The position numbers and the translations under genes are program-made. DNA of 21,859 bases, taken from NCBI GenBank assembly GCA_964572475.1, contig CAZNEZ010000027.1:7309-29167 (forward strand), in the 5' to 3' direction. The notes under the pieces were generated by a model. The model saw only the letters and a list, made by a program, of their open reading frames with translations, had not been told where the DNA came from and did not search any database. The DNA is from an uncultured Lachnospiraceae bacterium. GTDB taxonomy: Bacteria; Bacillota; Clostridia; Lachnospirales; Lachnospiraceae. Of the stretch, positions 7,371 through 16,432 are shown piece after piece (within the stretch, counting starts at the first letter, position 1; each line of letters opens with the position of its first letter).

Positions 7371-7399
7371 TAGACTAATCTCCAAAAAGGTTGTAAAAT
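7371..7399 (+). promoter_or_regulatory. Putative promoter of folB-folK
   Basis: TAGACT (7371-7376), 17-nt spacer, TAAAAT (7394-7399). An AAGGA RBS sits 9 nt before ATG 7428. Confidence 0.35.
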
Positions 7400-7427
7400 A
7401 GCTACATCAAATTAAGGATGGTACGCT

Positions 7428-8192
7428 ATGGACTCAATTAAAATAGAAAATCTTGAAGTATATTGTAATCACGGTGTTTTTAAAGAAGAAAATGTGTTAG
7501 GACAGAAATTCTTAGTTTCTGCCAGATTATTTACGGATACCCATAATGCAGGTTTAGATGATAATCTTACAGAGTCAATTCATTATGGTGATGTCTGCCA
7601 TTTTATTACAGAATATATGAAGTCACATACATTCAAACTTATTGAATCTGTTGCTGAGAATCTGGCGCGTGAGCTTCTTTTAAATACTAATAATCTTAAT
7701 TCCGTTGAACTAGAGATAAAAAAGCCATGGGCGCCTATTGGACTTCCTATTGAGAATGTTGCCGTTAATATTTACCGTAGTTGGCATACCGCTTATATTG
7801 CACTTGGCTCTAATATAGGTGATAAAAAATCTTATCTTGATACAGCTATAGACTCTATGTCCTCCAATCCTTTATGTAGGGTTTTACGAGTTTCTGACTT
7901 TATAACAACAGCTCCAGTCGGTCCTGTAGAGCAGGATAATTTTCTTAATGGTGCGCTTAAACTTAAGACTCTATATACTCCACATGAATTGCTCGACTAT
8001 ATTCATGTACTTGAAGCAGATGCTAAAAGAGAGCGTAAAATCCACTGGGGACCTCGCACTCTCGATCTTGATATCTTGTTATATGATGATATTACTATTG
8101 ATGATGATGACCTTATAATTCCACATCCTGAGATGAGTAACCGTGATTTTGTCATGATTCCGCTCAAACAAATATACCGTAATTTTAAATAA
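7428..8192 (+). CDS. folB-folK: Fusion of dihydroneopterin aldolase (FolB) and 6-hydroxymethyl-dihydropterin pyrophosphokinase (FolK)
   Basis: The N-terminal ~118 aa are FolB-like (IKIENLEVYCNHGVFKEENVLGQKF, EIKKP). The C-terminal half is HPPK-like (AYIALGSNIGD, HWGPRTLDLDILLY, IPHPEM..RDFV). Confidence 0.9.
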   Translation: MDSIKIENLEVYCNHGVFKEENVLGQKFLVSARLFTDTHNAGLDDNLTESIHYGDVCHFITEYMKSHTFKLIESVAENLARELLLNTNNLNSVELEIKKPWAPIGLPIENVAVNIYRSWHTAYIALGSNIGDKKSYLDTAIDSMSSNPLCRVLRVSDFITTAPVGPVEQDNFLNGALKLKTLYTPHELLDYIHVLEADAKRERKIHWGPRTLDLDILLYDDITIDDDDLIIPHPEMSNRDFVMIPLKQIYRNFK

Positions 8193-8215
8193 TCTATATA
8201 ACTATAGATATTACT

Positions 8216-9229
8216 CTACTCTTTACCTGGATTATATACTGATAATTCAGTACCATCTATCGGCATTCTTAATAACACTTCTTCGCTATTAGATATCTTA
8301 TAGACAAATATGTACTTAGATGTGATATTAATATTGCAAAAATCTCCATCTGCAATGGTCATCTTATTGCTTCCATTAGTATTGACTCTGCAGAATTTGT
8401 GTTCAGTTTCGTTATTTTCTGCTTGAAAGAATATCTCATTATTACCTATATTATAATTAATAACCTTATCCTCTGAGTCTATGACTTCGATGCTCTCATC
8501 TGATAATTTCATTCTGGTAAGCGCTCTATTATTATCTAAATCAATATAATATATGTATCCATTATATATATTAGGAAGATAGTAATTTCCTTCCTTATAT
8601 GTACTTACCTGTTCAGTATCTACATCATATTTCATAAGATTATGGGAATCATATATATCTGCAAAATACATCGTTTTGCCTAAAGAGCATGCAGGTAAGA
8701 AACCTGTCTGATTAATTATTCTATTATCATTGCCTCGGATACTTACCTTACTAAAATTAAATATGTTCTGCTCACTATAATTTTGATAGTACACATTGTT
8801 GCCTAACATATATATGCCACCAATAATGCCGTTATATATAGTATATGCCCTGCTTCCATTAGTTTTTATTCTATATATTCCATACAGACTGCTTCTAAAA
8901 ACTACTTCAACACCCTTTTCAAAATTAAATCTCGCATAATAAATATAGTCTCCACACACATTTATCTGTGATACCTTATCAGTACATAGCTTTTCTAAAT
9001 TATTACATTCTGAATCCATTTTATACAATGTATTCTTATCGTCAGGATTAGAAAAATAGATATAACCATCTGCTTCACAAAATAATCCATTATTATATAG
9101 ATTACCTGTTGTATTACCAGTTGCCGTTTCATTATTATCTGGAATTTTAGAGTTAATCCCTATAATTATACAGATTATAACTATTAGCACTACTATTCCA
9201 GCTAAAATAATTATTATCTTCTTTTTCAT
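8216..9229 (-). CDS. N-terminally membrane-anchored beta-propeller-like repeat protein (DUF5050-like)
   Basis: The ORF track starts at ATG 9241, but a GGAGA RBS lies 6 nt before the second ATG at 9229 (MKKKIIIILAGIVVLIVIICIII.., a single TM helix). The extracytoplasmic part has repeated G.YIYF / GDYIYY / NVYY / GYIYYID units, as in DUF5050 proteins. Confidence 0.65.
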   Translation of the reverse strand: MKKKIIIILAGIVVLIVIICIIIGINSKIPDNNETATGNTTGNLYNNGLFCEADGYIYFSNPDDKNTLYKMDSECNNLEKLCTDKVSQINVCGDYIYYARFNFEKGVEVVFRSSLYGIYRIKTNGSRAYTIYNGIIGGIYMLGNNVYYQNYSEQNIFNFSKVSIRGNDNRIINQTGFLPACSLGKTMYFADIYDSHNLMKYDVDTEQVSTYKEGNYYLPNIYNGYIYYIDLDNNRALTRMKLSDESIEVIDSEDKVINYNIGNNEIFFQAENNETEHKFCRVNTNGSNKMTIADGDFCNINITSKYIFVYKISNSEEVLLRMPIDGTELSVYNPGKE

Positions 9230-9259
9230 AAAATTCTCCATTTCTACTACAACAATTCA

Positions 9260-10081
9260 CTAAATACACGTACTCTTCAGGATAGCTTCTGTCATAAGTA
9301 CTGCCCTTTTATTCTCTTTTACATCATGGACTCTGATAAATGAACAGCCCTTCATCATACCAATTACAGTAGTAGCTATTGTTCCTTCAACCCTCTCACC
9401 TGCTGGTAAATCAAGTGTCAAGCCTATCATAGATTTTCTAGAAGTTCCAAGCAGAATAGGATATGACAACTCATGTAATTGTTCAATATTATTCATGACT
9501 ATAAGATTCTCTTTATAAGATTTGGCAAAACCAATTCCAGGATCAAGAATAATATTTTCCTCTGCAATCCCAGCATTTATGGCAATATCAATACTTTCTT
9601 TAAGGTCCTTTTTCATATCTTCCATTATATTAGAATAAGATTTTGCACCTTCTTTTCTATTATGCATTAGGCAACATGGTACAGCATATTCAGCTATAAC
9701 CTTTGCCATATTTTTATCATACTTAAGTCCCCATATATCATTCACCAAATCAGCCCCTGCATCCAATGCTGCTTTAGCCACAGCGCTCTTATAAGTATCG
9801 ATGGATACTGGAATGTCAAATTCCTGCTTTATCATCTCAATTACAGGTATTACTCTGCTAATCTCTTCATCTTGTGTGAGCAATGTATATCCTGGTCTTA
9901 TAGACTCTCCGCCTACATCAATAATATCTGCGCCATCATCAATCATCTGTCTTATATGCTCTCTGGCACTATCAATTGTATTCCATCTTCCCCCATCCGA
10001 AAATGAGTCTGGAGTAATGTTAAGTATTCCCATCACATACGTTTTATTATGAATATCAAATTCATTATCACCAATATACAT
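9260..10081 (-). CDS. folP: Dihydropteroate synthase
   Basis: Motifs GILNITPDSFSDGGRW, IIDVGGES.RPG, SIDTYK, VNDIWG and DPGIGF.K. GGAGG RBS. Confidence 0.95.
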   Translation of the reverse strand: MYIGDNEFDIHNKTYVMGILNITPDSFSDGGRWNTIDSAREHIRQMIDDGADIIDVGGESIRPGYTLLTQDEEISRVIPVIEMIKQEFDIPVSIDTYKSAVAKAALDAGADLVNDIWGLKYDKNMAKVIAEYAVPCCLMHNRKEGAKSYSNIMEDMKKDLKESIDIAINAGIAEENIILDPGIGFAKSYKENLIVMNNIEQLHELSYPILLGTSRKSMIGLTLDLPAGERVEGTIATTVIGMMKGCSFIRVHDVKENKRAVLMTEAILKSTCI

Positions 10082-10143
10082 TTTGCCTCCATTCTATAAT
10101 TACTTTTATGTTGTGTATCATAACATTCATTATTGTATACGAA

Positions 10144-10698
10144 TTACTTTACTGCCATAAAAAACCTGTTTCTTAATTCTTCACTGTCTTCAAATACACC
10201 TTTACTTATCATTGTAACTGTCTTACTTCCTGGTTTTTTGATTCCTCTCATTGTCATACACATATGTTCAGCCTCAATCATAACAATAACTCCTTTAGGA
10301 CTTAAATAATCCATAATTGCTGTCGCAATCTGCTCTGTCATCTGTTCTTGAATCTGAGGTCTTCTTGCATATACTTCAACTGTTCTTGGAATCTTACTAA
10401 GTCCTACAACCTTACCATCTGGTACATAGGCTACATGTGCAACTCCATAAAAAGGAAGGAGATGATGTTCACATGTAGAGTAAAAGGTTATATCCTTTTC
10501 TACAACCATATCACTTGTTTTAACGCTAAATGTCTTAGACAGATGTTCCTTTGGGTCCACCTCTAATCCACCATATATTTCTTCACACATTCTGGCCACT
10601 CTGGCTGGTGTCTCAGCTAAGCCTTCTCTATTAATATCTTCTCCAATGCCTTCTAACATAAGCTTTACGGCTTGTTCTATCTTAACTTTATCTATCAT
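10144..10698 (-). CDS. folE: GTP cyclohydrolase I
   Basis: Motifs [34 protein letters not shown] and H.CM..RG. An AGGAG RBS lies inside the folC 3-prime end. The gene overlaps folC by 11 nt. Confidence 0.95.
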   Translation of the reverse strand: MIDKVKIEQAVKLMLEGIGEDINREGLAETPARVARMCEEIYGGLEVDPKEHLSKTFSVKTSDMVVEKDITFYSTCEHHLLPFYGVAHVAYVPDGKVVGLSKIPRTVEVYARRPQIQEQMTEQIATAIMDYLSPKGVIVMIEAEHMCMTMRGIKKPGSKTVTMISKGVFEDSEELRNRFFMAVK

Positions 10699-12016
10699 GA
10701 CTGCTCCTATCTGTTTGGTGCTTCGTAACTATCTTGTATAACTCTCCAAGATATGAAAGTGAGCCAAATGCTATTATCACTGATTCATCATCTGCTTCAT
10801 TATATGCAAAATCAACAGATTTTTCAAGACTTGCAGCACATATTACATTATTATTAAACTTTTTAACAGTATCATATAGTGTTTTCCCACTTAATGCCCT
10901 TGTATTCTCAGGTGGCGTAACTGTTATTATCGTTCTTGCTTTGCCTGCTATCATAGATAGCTCTGTCTTATAGTCTTTATCGGCAAGAACACCAATAATA
11001 AATATAATATCTTTTCCTTTTAGGTACTGATTAATTGTATCACTAAGCTCTGATACTGCTCCAGGATTATGTGCTCCATCAATATAGAACCTTGCTCCAC
11101 TTTGTGTAATTCTTTGAAATCTTCCGTTCCATATAGTATCTCTTAAACCATCATAAATATCTGATGCGTTTATCTTATAGCCCTGTCTAACTAATGCCTC
11201 TACAGTTTCAATTGCTGTGGCTGCATTCTTAATCTGAAATGTACCCAGAAGTTTTAATTTAATACCATTATAAATATTACCATGACGGCTTATATACGAA
11301 AAGCTCTGTTCCTGCTCATCATTCTTTTTAAGAAGAATAGATTCCAGATTGGTAATTGTAATTTCTGCTTTTTCTAAATCCGCCTTTTCTTTTATTACTC
11401 TAAGTATTGCTTTATCCTGTTCATAAACTACAACTGGACAATCTTTCTTTATAATTCCTGCCTTTGCTGCTGCTATCTTCTCAATGTTGTCACCTAAAAA
11501 CTGCATATGGTCCATACTAATTGATGTAATTACACTACATACAACACTTTTATTCACATTAGTAGCATCCTCAATCCCACCTAATCCCGTCTCAATAACT
11601 GAAATATCACAATTCTCTTCATAAAATGTCAGATATGCCATCGCAGTTTCTATCTCAAATGATGTTGGATGATTAAACCCATCAGCAAGCATTGCCGTTA
11701 CAGCTTCCATAACAGTTGTAGCAATTCTGGCAAATGTTATCTCTTCTATATTCTTATTATCAATCTGAATCTTCTCTAAATATTCAAATACAACTGGCGA
11801 ACAGTATCTTCCTACTTTATATCCTGCACATTTTAGTATAGTAGAAATGTAGGCAAGGGTAGACCCCTTGCCATTAGTTCCTGCTATATGAATAATCTTA
11901 ATTTTATTCTCTGGATTGCCTAATCTTCTAAGCAATTCCTTTATATTCGACAGACCCAGCACGCTTCCGTACTTATTGGAATCTGCTATGTATTCTACAG
12001 CTTCTTTATAGTTCAT
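10688..12016 (-). CDS. folC: Bifunctional folylpolyglutamate synthase / dihydrofolate synthase
   Basis: Mur-ligase-type P-loop [11 protein letters not shown], plus GLGG..DATN, DGAHNP and the overall FolC layout. It starts 10 nt after the lactonase stop. Confidence 0.9.
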   Translation of the reverse strand: MNYKEAVEYIADSNKYGSVLGLSNIKELLRRLGNPENKIKIIHIAGTNGKGSTLAYISTILKCAGYKVGRYCSPVVFEYLEKIQIDNKNIEEITFARIATTVMEAVTAMLADGFNHPTSFEIETAMAYLTFYEENCDISVIETGLGGIEDATNVNKSVVCSVITSISMDHMQFLGDNIEKIAAAKAGIIKKDCPVVVYEQDKAILRVIKEKADLEKAEITITNLESILLKKNDEQEQSFSYISRHGNIYNGIKLKLLGTFQIKNAATAIETVEALVRQGYKINASDIYDGLRDTIWNGRFQRITQSGARFYIDGAHNPGAVSELSDTINQYLKGKDIIFIIGVLADKDYKTELSMIAGKARTIITVTPPENTRALSGKTLYDTVKKFNNNVICAASLEKSVDFAYNEADDESVIIAFGSLSYLGELYKIVTKHQTDRSSHDR

Positions 12017-12026
12017 TAGAATAGCC

Positions 12027-13076
12027 CTATAGCTTTTTAATTAATGCACAGTTTGGTGTCTCACTCTTAACTGGCTTACCATGCATAATAAGAAGTCCTT
12101 TTTCATAATCTATTGCAAAAAATGTTATCTCTCCTGTATCATGATTAGCAACTCCAAGATGCTTGGCATCAGGGAATAACACAAGATCCTTTGGATAATC
12201 TCCACTTATTGGAAGTACTGATAATTGAGTAAGCTTACCTGTACTCTCATCTCTCTTAAAGAAAGCAACACTATTATCTCCTGCATTAGAACAGAAGATG
12301 TATTTACCATCTGGTGATATCATAACCGAAGCTACTGCACTCTTATCATTAAACTTTTTGCCAAGAGTACTAACTTTCTCAATAAGTTCAAAGTTAGGTG
12401 TTCCGTCATCACTATTATAACTGTATACCTCAATAATATTCCTAAGCTGACATATAAGATAAGCATATTTACCATCTGGACTGAATACCATATGTCTTGG
12501 AGCTGATTCAAGTTCACATCTTAATATATCAACAAGCTTAATTTTACCATTAACATAATCAAATCCATATAATTTAACCTGGTCAATTCCCACATCACAA
12601 GCAACTAAAAACTTCTGGTCTGGAGTAAGTCTAGCACAGGTAATATGAGGTCTAAAGTTCCTCTCTGCAATACTTCCCATTCCTTTGTGAAATACCTCAG
12701 ATGTAAGTTCGCCCACGCTTCCGTCTTCATTGACACGAACTACAGAAACTTTACCATCATGGTACCCTGCTGTAAATATATATCTATCCTGCTTGTCCAT
12801 TGAAATATGGCACGCTCTCATTCCATTAATCGAACCTGTATTAATATATAAAAGATCTCCATTCTCAAGAATCTGATATGAATTAATGCCTAAATCTGAT
12901 ACAGAATATAAGAACTTTCCATTATGCGCAATACACATATAAGATGGATTATCTACCTCAACTTCATTCCTTGGTGACATTGTTCCATTCTCTGCATCAA
13001 CATCACATACAAGTATTCCTTTGCTCTTCCCATGTGTATATGAACTAATGTAACCAACATATTTATCGCTATTCAT
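12027..13076 (-). CDS. Lactonase-family 7-bladed beta-propeller protein (YbhE/YkgB, 6-phosphogluconolactonase-like)
   Basis: 349 aa with the typical N-terminus (YVGYISSYT..KGI.V...D.E.G). It has repeated S.DGK(Y/F)L(Y/F) / SPDGKY blade motifs. AGGAGG RBS. Confidence 0.75.
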   Translation of the reverse strand: MNSDKYVGYISSYTHGKSKGILVCDVDAENGTMSPRNEVEVDNPSYMCIAHNGKFLYSVSDLGINSYQILENGDLLYINTGSINGMRACHISMDKQDRYIFTAGYHDGKVSVVRVNEDGSVGELTSEVFHKGMGSIAERNFRPHITCARLTPDQKFLVACDVGIDQVKLYGFDYVNGKIKLVDILRCELESAPRHMVFSPDGKYAYLICQLRNIIEVYSYNSDDGTPNFELIEKVSTLGKKFNDKSAVASVMISPDGKYIFCSNAGDNSVAFFKRDESTGKLTQLSVLPISGDYPKDLVLFPDAKHLGVANHDTGEITFFAIDYEKGLLIMHGKPVKSETPNCALIKKL

Positions 13077-13119
13077 CTATGTTTCCTCCTTATAATAATG
13101 TCTAAGAATTTTGACATCA

Positions 13120-13128
13120 TTGTATCAT
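13120..13128 (-). promoter_or_regulatory. Putative extended -10 element (TGATACAAT) for the lactonase-fol operon
   Basis: The minus strand reads TG-A-TACAAT at 13128-13120, about 45 nt upstream of ATG 13076 and of a strong AGGAGG RBS. There is no good -35 element. A related copy, TGATACATT, lies at 13167-13159. Confidence 0.3.
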
Positions 13129-13151
13129 AAATATTACATAAAATCTACCAC

Positions 13152-13168
13152 TTGACACAATGTATCAA
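13152..13168. repeat. 17-bp near-palindrome TTGACAC-AAT-GTATCAA, with a degenerate second copy at 13112-13128
   Basis: The 7-bp arms match in 6 of 7 positions. The second copy is TTGACATCATTGTATCA. Both lie in the 107-nt gap between the GH51/GH43 gene and the lactonase gene. Confidence 0.6.
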
Positions 13169-13183
13169 AATAAGTACTCTTAT

Positions 13184-16100
13184 CTATTTAGGATTCACTT
13201 TAGTGATTAAACCAGTATTTACATCAAAATATAATCTGTCTATACAGACTTCTCTATGAAATCCGAAACCACTATCATATTGGTGAAGTGGTGTAACAAA
13301 TCTATGATACGCAATATAATATTCATCTCTGTCCTCTTTCTTGAATATAGAATGATGTCCTGTTCCTAAAATATCATTATCTACATCCTTTTCGAGGATA
13401 CTTCCTTTATATTCAATTGGTCCATATAAATTATCCGATACTCCATAATTAATATGATAATTCTCACTTCCAGTATCATCACAAGACCATGTAAAATGAT
13501 AAATTCCATCATGTTTTAGAACATTTATTGATTCTCTAAAGTCAAATGTACCTTCAATATTCTTCATCGTTCCACAAACAATACTTTTCATATCTTTTGA
13601 TAATTCAGCTATAGCTGCACAATTATCTGAACCATTACCAAATAAAATATATGATTTGCCATCTTCTGTATACACCGAAGGATCAATTGTCTGACCCATG
13701 TGAATATCCTTACACATCTCTGGAACAAGTAATGGTTCATCATCTGCTATAAATGGACCTACAGGACTTTCTGAAACTGCAACACCAATACACGAAGCGC
13801 CATCTTTTCTCTTCGCACAGAAATAATAATAAAATTTATTATTTTTCTTTTCTATACATGGAGCCCAAGCACTTCCAATAGCCCATGGCACCTGTTCTGA
13901 GGCAACATCAACGATTATGCCTTCGTCCACCCAGCTTATCATATCTTCTGATGAGAAGGCATGGAATTTTGTTCCTGACCAACCCTCAAATCCATCAGTT
14001 GTTGGATAAATATAATATCTTCCATCAAACTCATGAATATCTGGATCAGCATATTGTCCTTCAATTACAGGATTAGCACTTATAGTTTTCCTAATTCTAA
14101 GAATTGATAATGAATCTTTCTTAAATGTATATTCGCATCCATTATTAACTCCAATAGTTCTAACTTTTCGTGGTGAAACCTGAGTAGGATTATCAAAACT
14201 ATTCTCATCATCTCTCTCAAATCCCTCTAAAATACTAGCATCTATAATAAGTTTCTCATCTGCTGTAATTCCATCAATGTCTATAGTAGTTACTATATCT
14301 TCTCCTGATATATTAACTGCTTTAACTATAATATCGCCTGAACTTCTCTCAACTGCTGCCGTAAAATAAAGTTTCTCTGGTGCAGCAATTCTAGACTCTG
14401 TATCATCTATGAGCTTTCCATCTACAAAGGTAGTGATTTTTCTTTCATTTACCTCAATCTTAAGTTCATAAGGAACTCTTTGTTCTACTGTAAATAAATT
14501 CTGTGTCAGACAAATATTTTTACCATTAATATTCTCACATACAGTAGAATCCTGATTCTGCCATCCACCTAATTCCCAGAAATGTCTGTCCTCATCACTG
14601 GTATAAGCAAAATCAATCATAAACCCTTTAGGGCCTTCTAATTTAGTCGCTTTCATAATAATTCTATAATTTTTAAATGGAACGTAACCAATAATCCTCT
14701 TATTATCATCATTTTTAAGTATAACATCTTCTGGAATGATAACAGCATCACTATCCATATCTTCAATTCTAATATCAGTATATGCTGTAACATTATCAAC
14801 GCAAGCAAGCGCTACCTGACCATTAATAGGACTTTCTTCTTTAACTATCTGCTCATGCAATTCATCGCATTCAACAGCGATAGTCACATCACCCTGATTC
14901 TCCATAAACATCTTTTGAACGTAATAGTTAGGAGTTCCAAATGCCTCTCTATTATTAAACCAAATCATATCTGGCTTCCAATTTGTATAATTAACATTGC
15001 AAAGCATTGGAGCATAACATGCCAATCCTACTTTATCAGCATTATTCTCCATTCCTATCATATAAGAAGCCTCTACAAGTGCATTATAAAAAGTATTTCC
15101 CCATGAAGCATATTCTCCTAAAAATACCTTTGGTCCATTAGCATCATAAGAATCATATCTATGATGATTAGCAATAAACCATTCTGGTGCCTGATAATAA
15201 TGCTCATCTACAAAATCAGAATTATTTTCTTTTGCAGAGTTCCAACCTCTATCGAATTCTCCACCTGAAGAAAATGGGCCACTTGAATTAATAAGCTTAA
15301 TATCTGGATAAATATCTTTAATTGCTTTATGGAATGCCGCATATCTCTCTGGGAACGCCTCTCCTACCTCTTCATTTCCAATTCCAAGGTATTCAAGATT
15401 AAATGGCTCGTTATGTCCTAATTCTGCTCTAATCTTTCCCCACTTGCTGGTAGAATCGCCGTTAGCGAACTCAATAAGGTCAAGTGCATCATCAATCCAA
15501 GGCTGCAATTCATTCATTGGACATATTCTTTTGTGGTGTGGATCATATCCTGCTGGAAGTACTGGGAGTGGTTTAGCTCCTATGTCTTCACAGAATCTAA
15601 AATACTCAAAATAACCTATTCCAAGTGTTTGATTGTATCCCCAGTTGTTCCTTCTTGAGCCTCTGTTAGTAAGTTCTCCAATTGTATTCTTCCAACGATA
15701 TAAAGAATTTCTATCCTCTTCATTAAGTGAACCATCATGTACAAGACAACCACCAGGGAACCTCATAAATTTGGGCTTCATATCACTTAAAAGTGTAGCA
15801 ATATCCTTTCTCATTCCATTTGGTCTATTCATAAATGTATCCTCTGGAAATACAGATACATAATCTAAGTAAAGCTTTCCAACACCTGTAGCTGTAATTT
15901 CAAGATAACCATTAGTTATGCTATTATCTGCAGTTATAACATTCTCAATCTTAGTCCACTCGTTACCTGCCGTAAATGTACCTTCAATAGCTGATTGTGT
16001 TAATGTTTTTACTTTATACTCAATTCTTAACTCGCCTTCTACCCTTGCATAACAGCTAAACTTGTATTGTTTTCCCTCATCTAATACCATTCCACCTGCA

Positions 16101-16414
16101 AAGCCTTCATTCACTATTCCGCTCTTTCCATCTACCGTTATTACTGCATAATGTGGATTTTTCTTATTATATGGTCTAGATGATTCAATACTGACTGTCT
16201 CATCTATAGTCTCACTATTGAGTGATTTCCACGCTGTTGTGTAAGTATAAGAAGAATTGTCAATCTCACAGAATTCAAACTCTTTATTTCTAACTAGTTC
16301 AGGATAGAGTCCTCCATCTGCTGCATGATTGAGATCTTCAAAGAATATTCCATAGAAATCATTCAATTCATTTAACTGTGTCTGTGGTCTTACTTTAATA
16401 GTATTAGTGCTCAT
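13184..16414 (-). CDS. Fusion glycoside hydrolase: N-terminal GH51 alpha-L-arabinofuranosidase (with beta-sandwich modules) plus C-terminal GH43 five-bladed propeller
   Basis: 1076 aa. GH51 part: FFEDLNHAADGGLYPELVRNKEFEF, MRFPGGC, LGIGNEE (acid/base Glu), FLGEYA (nucleophile Glu) and WELGGWQN. GH43 part, from about residue 785: NPVIEGQYADPDI, WAPCI, IDPSV, FRES. No signal peptide or TM helix. A GGGAGA RBS sits in the 18-nt gap after parC. Confidence 0.85.
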   Translation of the reverse strand: MSTNTIKVRPQTQLNELNDFYGIFFEDLNHAADGGLYPELVRNKEFEFCEIDNSSYTYTTAWKSLNSETIDETVSIESSRPYNKKNPHYAVITVDGKSGIVNEGFAGGMVLDEGKQYKFSCYARVEGELRIEYKVKTLTQSAIEGTFTAGNEWTKIENVITADNSITNGYLEITATGVGKLYLDYVSVFPEDTFMNRPNGMRKDIATLLSDMKPKFMRFPGGCLVHDGSLNEEDRNSLYRWKNTIGELTNRGSRRNNWGYNQTLGIGYFEYFRFCEDIGAKPLPVLPAGYDPHHKRICPMNELQPWIDDALDLIEFANGDSTSKWGKIRAELGHNEPFNLEYLGIGNEEVGEAFPERYAAFHKAIKDIYPDIKLINSSGPFSSGGEFDRGWNSAKENNSDFVDEHYYQAPEWFIANHHRYDSYDANGPKVFLGEYASWGNTFYNALVEASYMIGMENNADKVGLACYAPMLCNVNYTNWKPDMIWFNNREAFGTPNYYVQKMFMENQGDVTIAVECDELHEQIVKEESPINGQVALACVDNVTAYTDIRIEDMDSDAVIIPEDVILKNDDNKRIIGYVPFKNYRIIMKATKLEGPKGFMIDFAYTSDEDRHFWELGGWQNQDSTVCENINGKNICLTQNLFTVEQRVPYELKIEVNERKITTFVDGKLIDDTESRIAAPEKLYFTAAVERSSGDIIVKAVNISGEDIVTTIDIDGITADEKLIIDASILEGFERDDENSFDNPTQVSPRKVRTIGVNNGCEYTFKKDSLSILRIRKTISANPVIEGQYADPDIHEFDGRYYIYPTTDGFEGWSGTKFHAFSSEDMISWVDEGIIVDVASEQVPWAIGSAWAPCIEKKNNKFYYYFCAKRKDGASCIGVAVSESPVGPFIADDEPLLVPEMCKDIHMGQTIDPSVYTEDGKSYILFGNGSDNCAAIAELSKDMKSIVCGTMKNIEGTFDFRESINVLKHDGIYHFTWSCDDTGSENYHINYGVSDNLYGPIEYKGSILEKDVDNDILGTGHHSIFKKEDRDEYYIAYHRFVTPLHQYDSGFGFHREVCIDRLYFDVNTGLITKVNPK

Positions 16415-16432
16415 ACGCTTCTCCCAACCGGA

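Noticed and set aside
7294-7427. Possible T-box (pheA) or THF riboswitch (folB-folK) in the divergent region
   Set aside because: Once promoters and RBSs are placed, each leader is only about 25-35 nt. The region is AT-rich, with no specifier or T-box sequence and no GC-rich pseudoknot core like that of THF riboswitches.
8192-8209. Bidirectional intrinsic terminator between convergent folB-folK and the DUF5050-like gene (ATCTATA-taac-TATAGAT)
   Set aside because: The 7-bp stem has only one G-C pair among six A-T pairs and no flanking U-run on either strand, so it is too weak to call. It is recorded only because it is the sole structure in the 23-nt gap.
10082-10143. THF riboswitch or terminator between folE and folP
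   Set aside because: Only 62 nt, with no stable stem and no conserved riboswitch core. It contains only -10-like strings and the folP GGAGG RBS.
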